Source of the DNA: Felis catus
Taxonomy: Eukaryota
Assembly (NCBI RefSeq): GCF_018350175.1
Contig: NC_058383.1
Location: forward strand, 11,844,001-11,908,000
DNA: 64,000 nucleotides
Direction: 5' to 3'
Below, piece after piece: positions 36,768 through 49,223 of this stretch (position 1 is its first letter; every line of letters begins with the position of its first letter). The translations under genes and the position numbers were made by a program. The notes under the pieces were generated by a model, which ran no database searches, was not told where the DNA came from, and saw only the letters and a list, made by a program, of their open reading frames with translations.

Positions 36768-37317
36768 TTTCAAAGTCACTAAGTTTGGGGGCGGTTTATT
36801 AGCTCCAGGAACTCAGCCAAACATTTTAAATTATCACACGTTTTCATTTCAACCCAGCAAAGGCGTATCACTCCCATGTTACAGATGAGGAAACTGAGGC
36901 ACAGGAAGGGAGAGTGATTTGCACATGGCGGAGTCCAGAAGAAACAGTCTGGCCTCACAGATGTGTGGCGCTGGCAGACTGACTTAGTAAGTAGTGTTAT
37001 ATGTACGGATGACTGTCTGAGGGAATATATAGCTGAATAAGGAGTCCAGATAACTTCCTCCGAGGAGGGGACGGAGAGGATAATGACCTTGGTGTCAGTG
37101 GTGTGCTACTTGTGAGCCAAACTGAAAGGGTTAGGAATGTCCACCTCTAGACCTTAAGGGTTCCTGAAAAGTCTTGCACCTGTGCCCCAATGGACATCTC
37201 AGAAGAATCACGGAAATATATTCCAGGGGTAGTGGGGGGAAGGCAGGGGTGAAGGTGAAGGAAGGGAAGGTTTAGAAAAAGAAAGGAAAGCCATCCAAAC
37301 TCTATTGAGGATAGTCT

Positions 37318-37525
37318 TCTTCTTCTTCCTCTTTTCTTAAAAGTTTGTTTATTTTGAGAGACGGAGAGGGCAAGTGGGGAGGGACAGAGAGAGAGGAAGA
37401 CAGAATCCCAAGGAGACTCTGCACTATCAGCACAGAGCCCGAGGCGGGGCTCGAACCCACGAACCGTGAGATCATGACCTGAGCCGAAGGTGGATGCTCA
37501 ACCGACTGAGCCACCCAGGCGCTCC
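37318..37525 (-). mobile_element. Can-SINE
   Basis: TSD GGATAGTCTTC. Confidence 0.95.
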
Positions 37526-38565
37526 AAGGATAGTCTTCCGTTATGTTTCTGATCTCTGTTGTTGATTTTGGATATCCAGAAGGCAACCACGAATAAGGCA
37601 ACCACTGAAATCTACTAAGGCAGAATCAGTCTAGAATCAATCTGTTACTGGCGAGATCGGGAGGCTGACCAGGGATCATTTTCAAATGGGGCAAGGAGAC
37701 CCCCAATCTGTCTTAGACCCAAGCTCTGGTCTTTACTGGCCCAGCCTCTTCTGGAATGAGTGACGTTGATTGGTACCCTTGCAGTAGAGTGGGGCGTCCT
37801 CCCTCCCCCCGCCCCACTCACTTCTTTCTCAAGATCAGGAGCATGGGGGCAGCACGGCTCCCCATCCCAGACAGAACAGAGATCTCCCTCGACTTTCTCA
37901 GCATCCTCCCCCCCCCCACCCCCCAACCACGCTGATACTATTCAATAACCCACATTGACTTCGGGAGGAGGAAAAAAAAATGTAATTGTTAAAGCGTAAA
38001 TCCCTTTAAATGCTAAGATCAAAAGGAAGGTTTCCATCTGATGACACATAATTAAACATGCAGACGTGCCCAACTTTGATTCATGAATTGCTTATGCACT
38101 TCTAAATTGTTGCCAGGGAGATCAGAGCCCGAGAAAATTAAAACCATTACGCCTCAAAAGGATACATGATTTTCACAGCTTTCTAACGTGATTTCCTGTT
38201 GTGCAGAACTTTATGTTTCCCCATTTTCTCCTCCCCGCCTCTGTAGCGACGTTCAGGGCTGAACACAAGCAGCTTTGCAAACATTCTTGGCTTGAGAATT
38301 CCCGCGGGCCCAGCGTGATGTGAGCACGGAGCCAGGCGACAAGGCCCACCATTTTCCTACTGCTTTATCTACCACCACGGGGAGAATTCCTGTCTTATAG
38401 TCCCTGAGGATGGTCTCGGATGCTTGGATGACAGGATGGCCACATGGCACTTGAAGGCCCCAAGCACGTAAGGCGTATTCGTCAGGGTTCTCTAGAGAGA
38501 CAGAACCAACAGGATCCACGTCTGTATCTGTATCTGTATCATCCATCTAAGTAAAGAGAATTATT

Positions 38566-38800
38566 GGGCCGCCTGGGTGGCTCCGTCAGTGGAGCGTCCG
38601 ACTTCGGCTCAGGTCGTGATCTCACGGTTCGTGGGCTCGAGCCCCGCGTCGGGCTCTGTGCCGACAGCTCGGAGCCTGGAGCCTGCTTCGGATTCTGGGT
38701 CTCCCTCTCTCTCTCTCTCTGCCTCTCCCCAGCTCGTGCTCTCAATCTCTCTCTCTCTCTGTCTCTCAAAAATAAAATAAGAAAACATTAAAACAATTTT
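38566..38800 (+). mobile_element. Can-SINE with TSD
   Basis: AAAGAGAATTATTG on both sides. Confidence 0.96.
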
Positions 38801-38828
38801 AAAGAGAATTATTGTAAGAAGTGGCTCA

Positions 38829-39068
38829 GGGGCGCCTGGGTGGCTCAGGTGGTTAAGCGTCCGCCTCTTGGTTTCAGCTCAGGTCACGATCTCGCGGTTT
38901 GTGAGTTCGAACCCCGCGTCAGGCCCCGCACCAGACCGTGCCGAGCCTCCTTAGGATTCTCTCTCTCCTTTTATCTCTGCTCCTTCCCCGCTCACGCTCT
39001 ATCTGTATCTCTAAAAAAAAAAAAAAAAAAACAAAAAAAACAAAAAAAACTTAAAAAAAAAACAAAAA
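38829..39068 (+). mobile_element. Can-SINE with long A-tail
   Basis: TSD AAGTGGCTCA / AATTGGCTCA. Confidence 0.95.
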
Positions 39069-41141
39069 CGAATTGGCTCACGCAATTATGGAAACTGAGA
39101 CATCCCAAGATCTGCCATCCACAGGGTGATACCCAAGGACAGCCAGTGGTGTGGTTCGGTCCGAGTCGAAAGGTCCGAGAACCGAGGACGCAGATCATGA
39201 AGATTCCGGTCTGGGTCAGCACATCTAGGATCAAGGAAAGCTAAAGGCGGAGAATTCGATGCCCAGCTCAACAGCCAGGCAGGAAGGGCCAAATGCCTCC
39301 CTTCTCCACCTCTTCATCGTATCCAGGCTCCCAAAGGACAGGATGATGCCCATCGACCCCGGGGACGGCCAACGGCTTCTCCGAGTCTACCGACTGGAGG
39401 GCTAATTTCATCTAGAAACGCTCAGAGACACCCCCAAAAACGATGTTTGGCCAAATGTCTTGCTACCCTGTGATCCAGTCAAGCTGACACCTAAAAGCAG
39501 CCACCACTCGAGGCATCTCCATTTACCCCGCGGGGGTCTGAGCAATCAGAGTCTCCTCGCTCCAGCGTCTTCTGCCGGGTTCCCCCAAAAGTAGACACGC
39601 AGACAAGTATTTGAGTGCAGAATAGGGTGGGAAACACCACAGGGGGCTGAGGAACAAAAAGGGGGCAGGGCAAAGGACGGTAATTAGGGGGTATCGTGGA
39701 GCCAGTTACCACTGTCGATGTCTCCTGGATGCTGCAATTATGTGTCTGTTTCAAGGAACGAGTCAAGTGGGGGGAAGTCGCCAAGGTTGAAGGACCTCCC
39801 CCTCCCGGGAAGAAAGGACCATGCAGCATTTTTTTTTTTTTTTTTTTGCTTACTCAGTGACTTTCAAATGTCCTTTAAGCAGGCAGCCACACTATTCGGG
39901 CCAAGCCACGGTAGGGAGGCGTCGGGGACCCGCTGGCTCCTACAGGAACGTTGGTGGGGCCCTGGGGACTCAGGTTGGTGTAGCCGAAGGAAGGCAGGAC
40001 TGAGTGAACCCTTTATTGCTTGGCCCTCGCGTGGTCAGCAGGTGCAGTGGAGGGAAGCGGCCGTGACCAGGAGACAGACGATACTCAGAATCAGAAGGTG
40101 GCAGGATCATGATTGTCACCGGTGGGCTGGGAGCAGGATCCAGCCCCCGGGGGAAGAGGACGGACGGTGTATAATGACCCTCGCAGAGCCAACCTCATGC
40201 AGGCTGAGCATGCGTTTCCTGGCAGGCACCTGTAGGGCCGGGCGGGGAAGTTGAGCCAGAAGCTAAGGTGCCTGCCTGGTCTGGTGAGATCCAGCGAGAA
40301 CGACATACCAGGCACTTCCCGTAGGGCCCCAGGCACCCGGCCTCGGCGGACCCCCTCCTCCAGCCGCAGGGCTCAGGCAGTGGATATTCTGCCTACCTCG
40401 CTCAGGATCCTCTCGGGGGCCCATCAAGGCTGAGACTCGAGGGGGAGGGCCCAGAGGCTCTGCGGGCGAAGGTGGGGAGAGGTTGAGGACTACGAGATTA
40501 CACCATCCTATTTATGGAATTCTGGAAAAATTAGGTCATCCTCCGGCAGGGCGTATGTCTGCCGAACACAGACAGCAAAGCCAGAGACGCCCATCCAAAA
40601 TGCTGTCGTAAAGGGGTGACCATGGTTATCTTCCATCCCGGGCCTGTGGGATGAAATATTAAATAAACACGTTGCCAAATAACGATTTTGTTGTAGCATT
40701 TTATTGGTAACTAGAAAAGACTAGCTCACGTACTCTCCGGTCGATCCGGCAGACCGCCCAACTCCCCACTTCCCACAGGTAATTACCTGCTCCTAATTGG
40801 GTCTGAAAGCAGTGGGCTTGTATTTAAAGGTAGGAGCACAGCACGCTTTGTATTTTTCCAGCAACCGTATGGATGAGATTTTAGCGCTCCGTGGAACCAT
40901 GGCTTAAAGAGCCAGCCGACTTCTCCGTGAGACCCAGGACCTCCACGTAAGCTGCGTCCTTGAGCAGAATATATCGCTTCTCAGAGCCTGTATCCCCTCA
41001 TTTACAAATGGAAAGAAATGACATGATGGTTCTAAATCTCTCTCTCGCATAGCTCTGGTGTAAATAGTCTCATTACTATTCCTACCTCTCCGCCCATGAT
41101 GCTTAACCGTTTATTAGTTTTTACTTACTGCGTTTGATTTT

Positions 41142-41351
41142 TTTTTTTTTAATTTTTAACGTTGTTGATATTTGAGAGAGAGCAGGGGAGGGGCAGAGAG
41201 AGAGGGAGACAGAGAGAGAGAGGGAGACAGAGGATCTGAAGCGGGCTCCCCGCTGACAGCAACACCCAATGTGGGGCTCGAACTCACAGACCGTGAGATC
41301 GTGAGCTGAGCCAAAGTCGGACTCTTCACCAACTGAGCCACGCAGGCGCCC
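41142..41351 (-). mobile_element. Can-SINE
   Basis: Flanked by TGCGTTTGATTTT / TGCATTTGAGTTTT. Confidence 0.95.
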
Positions 41352-41361
41352 TGCATTTGAG

Positions 41362-41940
41362 TTTTTAAGTGTAGGTGTAATTTTTGGAGTGTTATATTAG
41401 TTTCAGGTGTACAATATAAAGATTCAACGATTCTAGACGTCACTCGGTGCTCATCGCGGTAAGTGCGTTCTTCAACCCCTTTATCTGTTTCACCCGTCCC
41501 TCCCCACCCCACCCCCACTCGTTCTCTGTATTTAAGAGTTTTTTTCTTTGTCTCTTTTTTTCCCCTTGTTTGTTCATCTGTTTTATTTCTTAAATTCCAC
41601 TGCCGGTAGAAATGCAAACTGGTGCAGCCACGGTGCAAACCAGTGCGGAGGTTCCTCAAAAAAATTAAAAATAGAATTACCAGACGATCCGATAATGCCA
41701 CTAGTGGGTATTTACCCAAAGGAAATGAAAACCCTAATTTGAAAAGATACATGCATCCCCTATGTTTACTGCAGCATTATTTATAGCAGCCAAGATTGTG
41801 GAAGCAACCCAAGTGTCCACCAATGGATGAATGGATAAAGGAGATGTGGAATGGAATATTACTCACTCATAAAAAGGATGAGATCCTGCCATTTGCTACA
41901 ACGTGGTTGGGCCTAGAGAGTATAAGGTTAAGTGAAATAA
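41362..41940 (-). mobile_element. Carnivore L1, 5'-truncated with a 5' inversion (41362-41600 minus; 41601-41940 plus)
   Basis: 3'UTR on the minus strand abuts the upstream L1 segment in plus orientation (AATGCAAACTGGTGCAGCCAC...TAAGTGAAATAA); related TSDs outside. Confidence 0.88.
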
Positions 41941-41954
41941 CACGTTTGATTTTC

Positions 41955-42165
41955 TTCCTTTTTTTAATTTTTATTTTTGAGAGAGAGAGAGAGAGAGGGA
42001 GACCATGAGCAGAGAGGGGCAGAGAGAGAGGGAGACAGAGAATCCCAAGCAGGCTCCACACTGTCACCACGGAATCTGACGCGGGGCTCGAACTCACAAA
42101 CCATGAGGTCGTAAGCTGAGCTGAAATCAACAGCCAGATGCTTAACTGAGCCACACAGACGCCCC
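41955..42165 (-). mobile_element. Can-SINE
   Basis: Flanked by CACGTTTGATTTTC / CGCATTTGGTTTTC. Confidence 0.95.
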
Positions 42166-45127
42166 GCATTTGGTTTTCAGGCACAGCCAGGGGATAGATT
42201 CAGAGTCAGCATGGCCTTGGTTCCAACCTCAAAATGGAGGCGCGTCTGTTGACAATGGCTTACTTTCCTGTCGACGCTTCGGTGCCTCCAGGGCGCCGTC
42301 TCATCCTTGAAACCCCGGTACCCGCCTTGGCACGTGAACCACGGTAGGTCCTTGTCGGAAGGAATGAATGACTGAACGAACGACTGGGCAAGTGAATGGA
42401 TGACTCTGGCCTCTCACAAATCACCAGGTCTGAAGCTTCACGAGGACAAAGAAGGCGGTCCATCTCGCGTGTTGTTGAATTCCACGCCTGGTACGTGATG
42501 CGCATTCGAGGCGTTTTGCTGGATGAGTGAGTGGGAGATTGATCTCGGTCTCAGCGCCATTGACCCTCCCCCTTTCCGCTGATGCCCACAGAGCCTGACC
42601 GAGGAGAGACTTCAGAGATGAAGCGGCCCCCACGTCACGGTTTCAGGGACAGGAAAACGTGGCTCAGAGAAAGCAATGGACTTGTTCGTGCGCACGCTGC
42701 CGAGCAGGGCACAGAAACGCAGGGATTCTGGTGCCCGCTCCTGGGCTCTTGACTTCGTGAAGCTTGGCCTGGCAAGTGCATCAGACGCCTGGAGTCACAT
42801 TCGCTCCGAGCCCTGCCCGCGCCTGAGCCGTGACCCTCCCAGAGCACTGAACTCAGGCTAAGCTTTTTCTGTTCCTCAGCCAGGGGGACGCGCGGGCCCT
42901 GCAGCAGGTGCAGAGCAAGGCCATAGCAGGAGCGGGGATTTGAGCTTGGACCGCCTTTCTCTCCGAGAAGGGCTGGCTGCTCACCCACTGCTAGAGGGTC
43001 TTTGGTTTACTCGTTCTGCCCCCCTCAGGGGCTTTTCCTCATTCGAGCTCCCTGGGCGCACATCCTTCGTCCTTCACACAGGCAGCTGCAGAAGAAGGAA
43101 ATACACACCAGCCGGCTGCGTCCCCGAGCGGGAGAATAGAGTACAGCGGTGCTGGCTTCGGAATACCTGGGGCTGAAAATCGGCCCTTCCGCTTCCCGGC
43201 AGCCGAATCCCGGCCAGGTTACCGATCTTCTCCAGGCCTCACTTTCTCATCCGTAAAGTAAGGTTAAGGGACTAACGATCGTAAAACACGCGAATGTACG
43301 GAGCACGGTGGCCTGGCACGCGGTGAGCATCTGGCAAAGAGACGTCAGAGACGAAAGGTGATGCTCAGGCAGGACCCAGTGCAGAGTTTGGAGCCCCTGC
43401 GATCAGACTTCCCGGCTCTAAATCCCAGCTGCGCTGCGGATCAGCTGTGCGGCCCGGGGCCTGTTATTCGAGCTCTCGGTGCCTCAGTATCCTTATGCGA
43501 TGAGGGTGATAATGGGGTGATTTCGTCGGGTGTGTGCCAGGTTCTGATGCCTTAACGCACAGAAGGCGCTTAAAACAGTTGCTGGCGCGTGGGGAGCGTT
43601 AAAGACACACCCCACTCTTTGGGTTCTCTGGTTTTCCAAGCGAATTTAGGAGAGCCAGATTCTTTCCGCCGAAAGCCTTCAGCTGCGGAGACCCACGCGG
43701 GCACCAGGGCGCCGGTGCTGACCCTGAGCTTATCGGCGGGTAGCCTCGTCTGTTTGTCCTTGCTGGTCCGAAGCACAGACCACAGCCAGCAGAGCTCTGC
43801 ACTCGCTGGGCAGCGACTTCTCCACTGTGTGCTCTAAACGGCCGCCAGCCGCGAAATTACATTTGTATCGATCCAAAGAACATTTTATTGATCAAAAGCA
43901 GAGCAAGAAACCTTGGAAACATAAACCCATTATTTTAACAATTTGTTGCCAGGAGTATAGGCAAAGGCTGCTTTTGTCTTCCTTTTTTGGTGAATTGGGC
44001 TTCCCGGGGCCGCTTCTAGTCTGTGTAGGCGGTCTGGAGACCTGCCCTCCAGGAGCATCTCACCAGCGACCAGCTCTCTGCTCTCCAGCTTCGGGTCCCC
44101 ACCTTCCTCCTCCCTGTCTGTGTCTCCTCCGTCCTGGATCTCATGGGCTGAGGGGGGGCCCCTGTCTTCCTTGGCGTGCCTGGATCGTTCTGAGCAGGTG
44201 GGGGTGATGGTGAAGCTTCTCGATTGCCAGGGCCTCCCTACGAAGCTCTCATAGGCTGTCCTGTCAGGCGTGGAGCACAAATTCGTCTGAAGATACTGTC
44301 CCCCACTCCCTCTGTTACCGAAGCCTAAATTTGCCTGCCTGTGGCTTGAAAAGTCAATATTCAAGAGACTAGTTTTGATTGGAAAGGCTTATGAGTCTTG
44401 TTCAGGAGGCCGGCCCCCTGGGGAGGAGGTGGACTCTTGTCCAAAGGCCAACTGGATGCTTTCTGCCTGGCCCATGGGTTCTTAAGAGTTTAAGGCAGTT
44501 AATCAGTAACAGAAGTACAGTGGTCCCTAATATATCTTGAGTACTTGGAGACTCAATGGTACCAGCTACAGACGTTTTCTCTGTGCTCGGTAGGTTTTGC
44601 ACAAGGGTCTGGTTCCTTGGTGCCCGGGGCAGAGTGGGGCGTGTGCAAGAGGGTCTGGTGATGTGCAGAAAGGCTCAGTTCTTTTTTTAGGAAAGAATTC
44701 ATGATCCACAGATGTGCAAAGAAAGGCATGGTTAATCAGTCACCCAGGTTAAGGGCGCTTGCTAAAGCCTGAAGGCCAGTGGGGTGGGCGGAGGGGCCAA
44801 GGTGGCTTCATCCCCATGCCTGTTCCTGGATCTGACGTCATCAACCGTCATGAAACTAAAATGAACGTCGGCATGAGCTATACAGGAAACTTAGGGCCAC
44901 TAGGTGGAAACTACTCGGGAGGAAAGAGTCACTGCAGCCATTTCCAGAATGATTTAATAAACTCAGAGAATGTGAATAACCCTGTGTGCAACCTCATAGG
45001 GGACCCAAAGGTTTGTTCCCACTTCCTGTGTTCATGGGGCTGATCATTTAGCCAGTGAGAGCAGAAACCCACGGCGAGGGGCGAGTCACAGAAGGCAGGA
45101 TTTACTAAGAGTTGTAAGAACTGGCAC

Positions 45128-46280
45128 AAGAATTCAATGGGGTAAGATTTGTCCCTGCAACCAATGGTCCTGGGCCAACTGAATGTTCACATGCCAAAGA
45201 ACGAAGTTGGACCCCCTACCTCATGCCGTACACAAAAATGACCTCTAAATGGCTCAAAGACCTAAGTGCAGCAGCTAAAACCGTAAAACTCTTCGAAGAA
45301 AATACAGGTGCGAACCTTCATGACCTTGGGTTCACAGGGAAAAAGTTGGGCTTCATCAACATTAAAGACGTAGGTACTTTAGGTTAGGGATATCTACAGA
45401 ATGGAAGCAAATGGACTCAAATCACGTATTTGATACAAGTCGAGTACACAGAATATATCAAGAACTCTTTCAACTCAAAAATGAAAGGACAAATAACAGA
45501 ATTTACAAACAGGGAAAGGATCTGAACGGACATTTCTCCAAGGAAGATATGCTGATGGCCAGTGAGCTCATGAAGAGATGCTCCGTGTCATTAGTCGTTA
45601 GGAAAATGCAAGTCAAAGCCAAAGTGGGATATTCCCATCCTCATGGGTGTGACAAAACAACAACAACAAAAAAGGCAGAAACCACAAGTGTGTTGGTGAG
45701 CATATGGGAAAACTGGGATTAACGTATATTGCTGCTGGGAAGTACAATGGTGCAGCCACTTTTGGGGAACAAAGGTTGGTAGTTTCTCAGAAAGTTAAAC
45801 ACAGTGTTTCCATACAACGTGGCAAATTCCCGCTCTTAGGGAGAAGGGACCTGCGGCATTGAAATATGTTCGCACAGAAACTTGTCCACACGAATGCTCG
45901 TATCAGCATTATTCATACTACTCAAAAGGTGAAAACGACCCAAATGTCCATCACCTGACGAATGGATAACTTGGGTAGGATATTCATACAATGGACAATT
46001 ATTTAGGTATAGAAAGAAATACCGATACCATAATATAGGTGGACCTTAAAAACATTGTGCTAAGAGAAAGGAGTCAGTCAGACATAAAGGCTACATGTTC
46101 TATGATTCCATTTGTGTGAAATATACAGAATATGGGAATTCTTAGGGACAGTAGATCAGTAGTTTCTAGGGACTGGGGGAGGAGGGAACAGGGTAGGACA
46201 GCTCAATGGGGTCCATGTTTCCTTTTGGGGTGATGAGTTAAAAAGGGTGAATTCTACAACATGTGAATTATGTCTTAGTT
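45128..46280 (+). mobile_element. Old L1 (L1MB-like) ORF2 3' end and 3'UTR, decayed
   Basis: ORF 45411-45722 reads RIYQELFQL...KDLNGHFSKEDMLMA...MKRCS.SL..RKMQVK, the L1 ORF2p C-terminus; frames are broken elsewhere. Confidence 0.92.
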
Positions 46281-47653
46281 TTTAAGACCCAAGTGGCACA
46301 GACCAGGATGCTTTGGGCGGCCACTGGAAAGAGGAGACAGTTTGACTAGGATACAGCCGAGAGAGGGGGCCGTCCCCTTTCCCTGTGGTTTCACCCTAAG
46401 GGCAGCACACCCCAAGATGGCCCTTGTGACTGAGGGCACAGGGAGGCCATCACTCTTGGCAAATAGGGGCTCTCACAGCCCAAAGCTGCTGAGTCTCGCG
46501 TGCACTTTTTACCCTTGGTTTCTGAGTTTCCATTCTTCTTGGAGAAGAGAGGCAGAGAGTGTTGACAAGTCTGGAAATTGGAAAATGTAAATGAAAAAGG
46601 GATTCCCCCCCTGGGAGAGTCTGGCTGTGCAGCATCCCCAGCTCAATCATACTGTGCCCCAGAGGCTCTCAGCTCAGGGACCCGGCAGCAAAGCCGGCTG
46701 AAATGGCTCGCCATCCATTTCTCAGACAAGGCGAGCGGCCCTGGGTGTGATGCCGCAAAGAGGCAATCGTGGCTGTCTCTTAAGGTACAATGCCAAGCCT
46801 GTTAACTAGAGCCCCTGTCCCTATTACCTCTATTGTGGAACAGAGAGCCAAGATTTGGGTGATGTTCTTGAACCTGATTGGCTCTATTTATGGAGGCACA
46901 GGGCAAGTCCTGTGGGTACCCCCTGGATTTGGCACGTGGGTTGGACGTGTTCGCGGGGACCACGTGGACAAATGCCTTCATCTTAAAGACGCTCAAAGTG
47001 GCCGTGTGACCCGCCTAGGGTGACAAAGCTTATTGCTAGCAGCTCAAAGGCTGGAAGCCAGATCACCTGTTTCCACATTTCTCTGGATATCTTCTTCCCC
47101 TAGGGTGTTGAAAAGAAATCCCCGGAGCTGGGTCGCAACGTCTGAGGTCTCCCAAGCGTGATGGCGAGTTGTGAACTCGCAAAGTGCAGTGTAATTTTTC
47201 CTTCCACGTAACCCTCAGCAGCAATGAAAGGAGACCCCTCCCCCTCCTTCCTCAGTTAGTCATGACTCATTAATTGCCACTGGTGGATGAGTTTTCTTCT
47301 AATTTTCATGATCTAATTCAGAGGTGTTTTCAGCTAGAGATCAGGATATAGGTTTTGGGCTCCGCTGACATGTCCAGTGAATTTGCATTAGCGACAATTA
47401 CGGACAGGACACCGAGCAGGGAAGGGCTAATCGCAGCCCTCAGCTAGTGCCACTTGCTAACGGCCCCTTTAAGGGGAAAAACACAGCCTTTAATGGCGAT
47501 GTTGTTCTCGAAACTTGTCGCAGAAGAAGGGGACTGAACATTTGCCTCTGTTTCCCTTTCTCTCCTGCTATGGTTCTGCCCTCAAACCAAACCACGATGC
47601 AAAAGTGTGCATTTCCAATGTGAAAGTTACCTGCTCAAAATAGGATCGAGTTA

Positions 47654-47870
47654 GGGGCGCCTGGGTGGCTCAGTCAGTTAAGCATCCAACTCTTGATTTC
47701 TGCTCAGGTCCTGATCTCTCAGTTCGTGAGATCGAGCCCCATATTGGCCTCTGCACTGACGAAGCACGGAACCTGCTTGGGATTCTCTCTCTGCTCTCTC
47801 TCTCTGCCCCTTCCCCACTCATGCACAGTCATGTGGTCTCTCTTCCCTTCTCAAAATAAGAAGAACATTT
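47654..47870 (+). mobile_element. Can-SINE
   Basis: TSD AAAATAGGAT. Confidence 0.95.
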
Positions 47871-49011
47871 TTTTAAAAATAGGATTAATTTATATACTTG
47901 GACGTAAGTGAGATGATCTTACCAGCAACAAAAAAATTCTGGATCCTAGAATAATTACTCACCAAAGAGGGCAGATTCCTTCCCTTTTCCTCCCCTAATC
48001 AGATGGGAATCTAAGGCAAACAACAACCCCAGAAAGTCAGCGAACATTTGAAATACGGTCTCAGAATTCGTGTAGGGGGGTCTGTGACTCCATGGGGCTT
48101 CCATGGCCACCCCCCATTCTCCCATCCTTGCCTTGCAGAGCGAAAACACCAATTGAAGCTGGCAAAGGCTGAAAGAGAGAAGTCTTTAAAGCAACCAAGC
48201 TTAATCATCTTGGTGGTAACAGTTTGTATGACCTCTGTTCCGGTACAAGTCAGCTGGTCCGAACGGAGTCGAAAGCAGCCTGTCTAAGCGAATTAAGGCA
48301 TAGGCTTCGGGGGCAGGAACGGTAGCCCCCAAGTCAGCTGAATGCACCCAATGGCCCTGCTCCCTGCCCTCCAGGACCCCAAACATATGCTCCTTTTGGT
48401 GGCCTCCAAGGGAAATGCAGTTAGCACTTCTGGCTATACGCATTGTGTTTTAGACCTATCTTCTCTTCTTCCTTCTTGCTTCCCCTCCATAATTTACTTT
48501 GACTTGGTGTTTAGGTCATCTCAATTGACCTCCTTGGGTCTTTTGCTGGCTTTGTGACCGGGCATCCTTCCACACTAGAAGGTGAAAAACGCTTCCTTCA
48601 ATCTCCGGTGGGTTCCTCAATCTTTGTCTTTCCAAGTGTCTGCTTGGGGCCAGTTCTCTCCAGGAGTTTGACAGCTTTATGCACCAGCTAATGTTTTCTC
48701 GTGTAACCTCGGGTGCTTTTTCATGGTCAGAGGGAAGCTGTCTTGAATTTAAGAGGTCGGGATGGTGGCGCGAGGGATCGGGTACAAGGGTGAAAGTAAA
48801 AATTATTACTCCCTTCAGGAGGCTGTCATATACTTCCCAGCCCTAGTGACCATGGCAGGGAGGAGGACCATGTCTTAGGCATCTGCGTTGCCCCAGCACT
48901 TAGCATCCACAGCACTTGGGACACCCTGTTGGGGCCAGAATTGCGTGTGAAATGAATGCATGGACGAATGAATGAATTTCAGGCCGTCTTCTTTATGGTA
49001 AGCAACCTGGA

Positions 49012-49223
49012 GGGGGCGCCGGAGCGGCTCAGTCGGTTAAGAGTCTGACTCTTGATTCCGGCTCAGGTCGTGATCTCACCGTTTGTGAGCTTGAGCCCCA
49101 CGTCAGGGTCTGCACTGACAGGTAGTTCCTTCTCCTTCTCACTCTCTGCCTCCCCCCTGCGGGCGTGCTCTCTCTTTCTCTCTCAAAATAAATAAATAAA
49201 CATTAAAAAAAAAAACAAAAGAA
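49012..49223 (+). mobile_element. Can-SINE
   Basis: Head, CT tract and AAATAAATAAA tail. Confidence 0.93.

Larger units (their letters stand above)
38474..39508. mobile_element. ERVL solo LTR (MLT2-like) carrying two SINE insertions
   Basis: GTCAGGGTTCTCTAGAGAGACAGAACCAACAGGA...GAATTGGCTCACGCAATTATGGA...CCAGTCAAGCTGACACCTAAAA. Confidence 0.88.

Noticed and set aside
41156..41752. Longest ORF in the track (198 aa)
   Set aside because: It runs across L1 and SINE sequence including the inversion junction; a chance open frame
45411..45722. 103-aa ORF with real protein-like sequence
   Set aside because: It is a fragment of L1 ORF2p in a dead element
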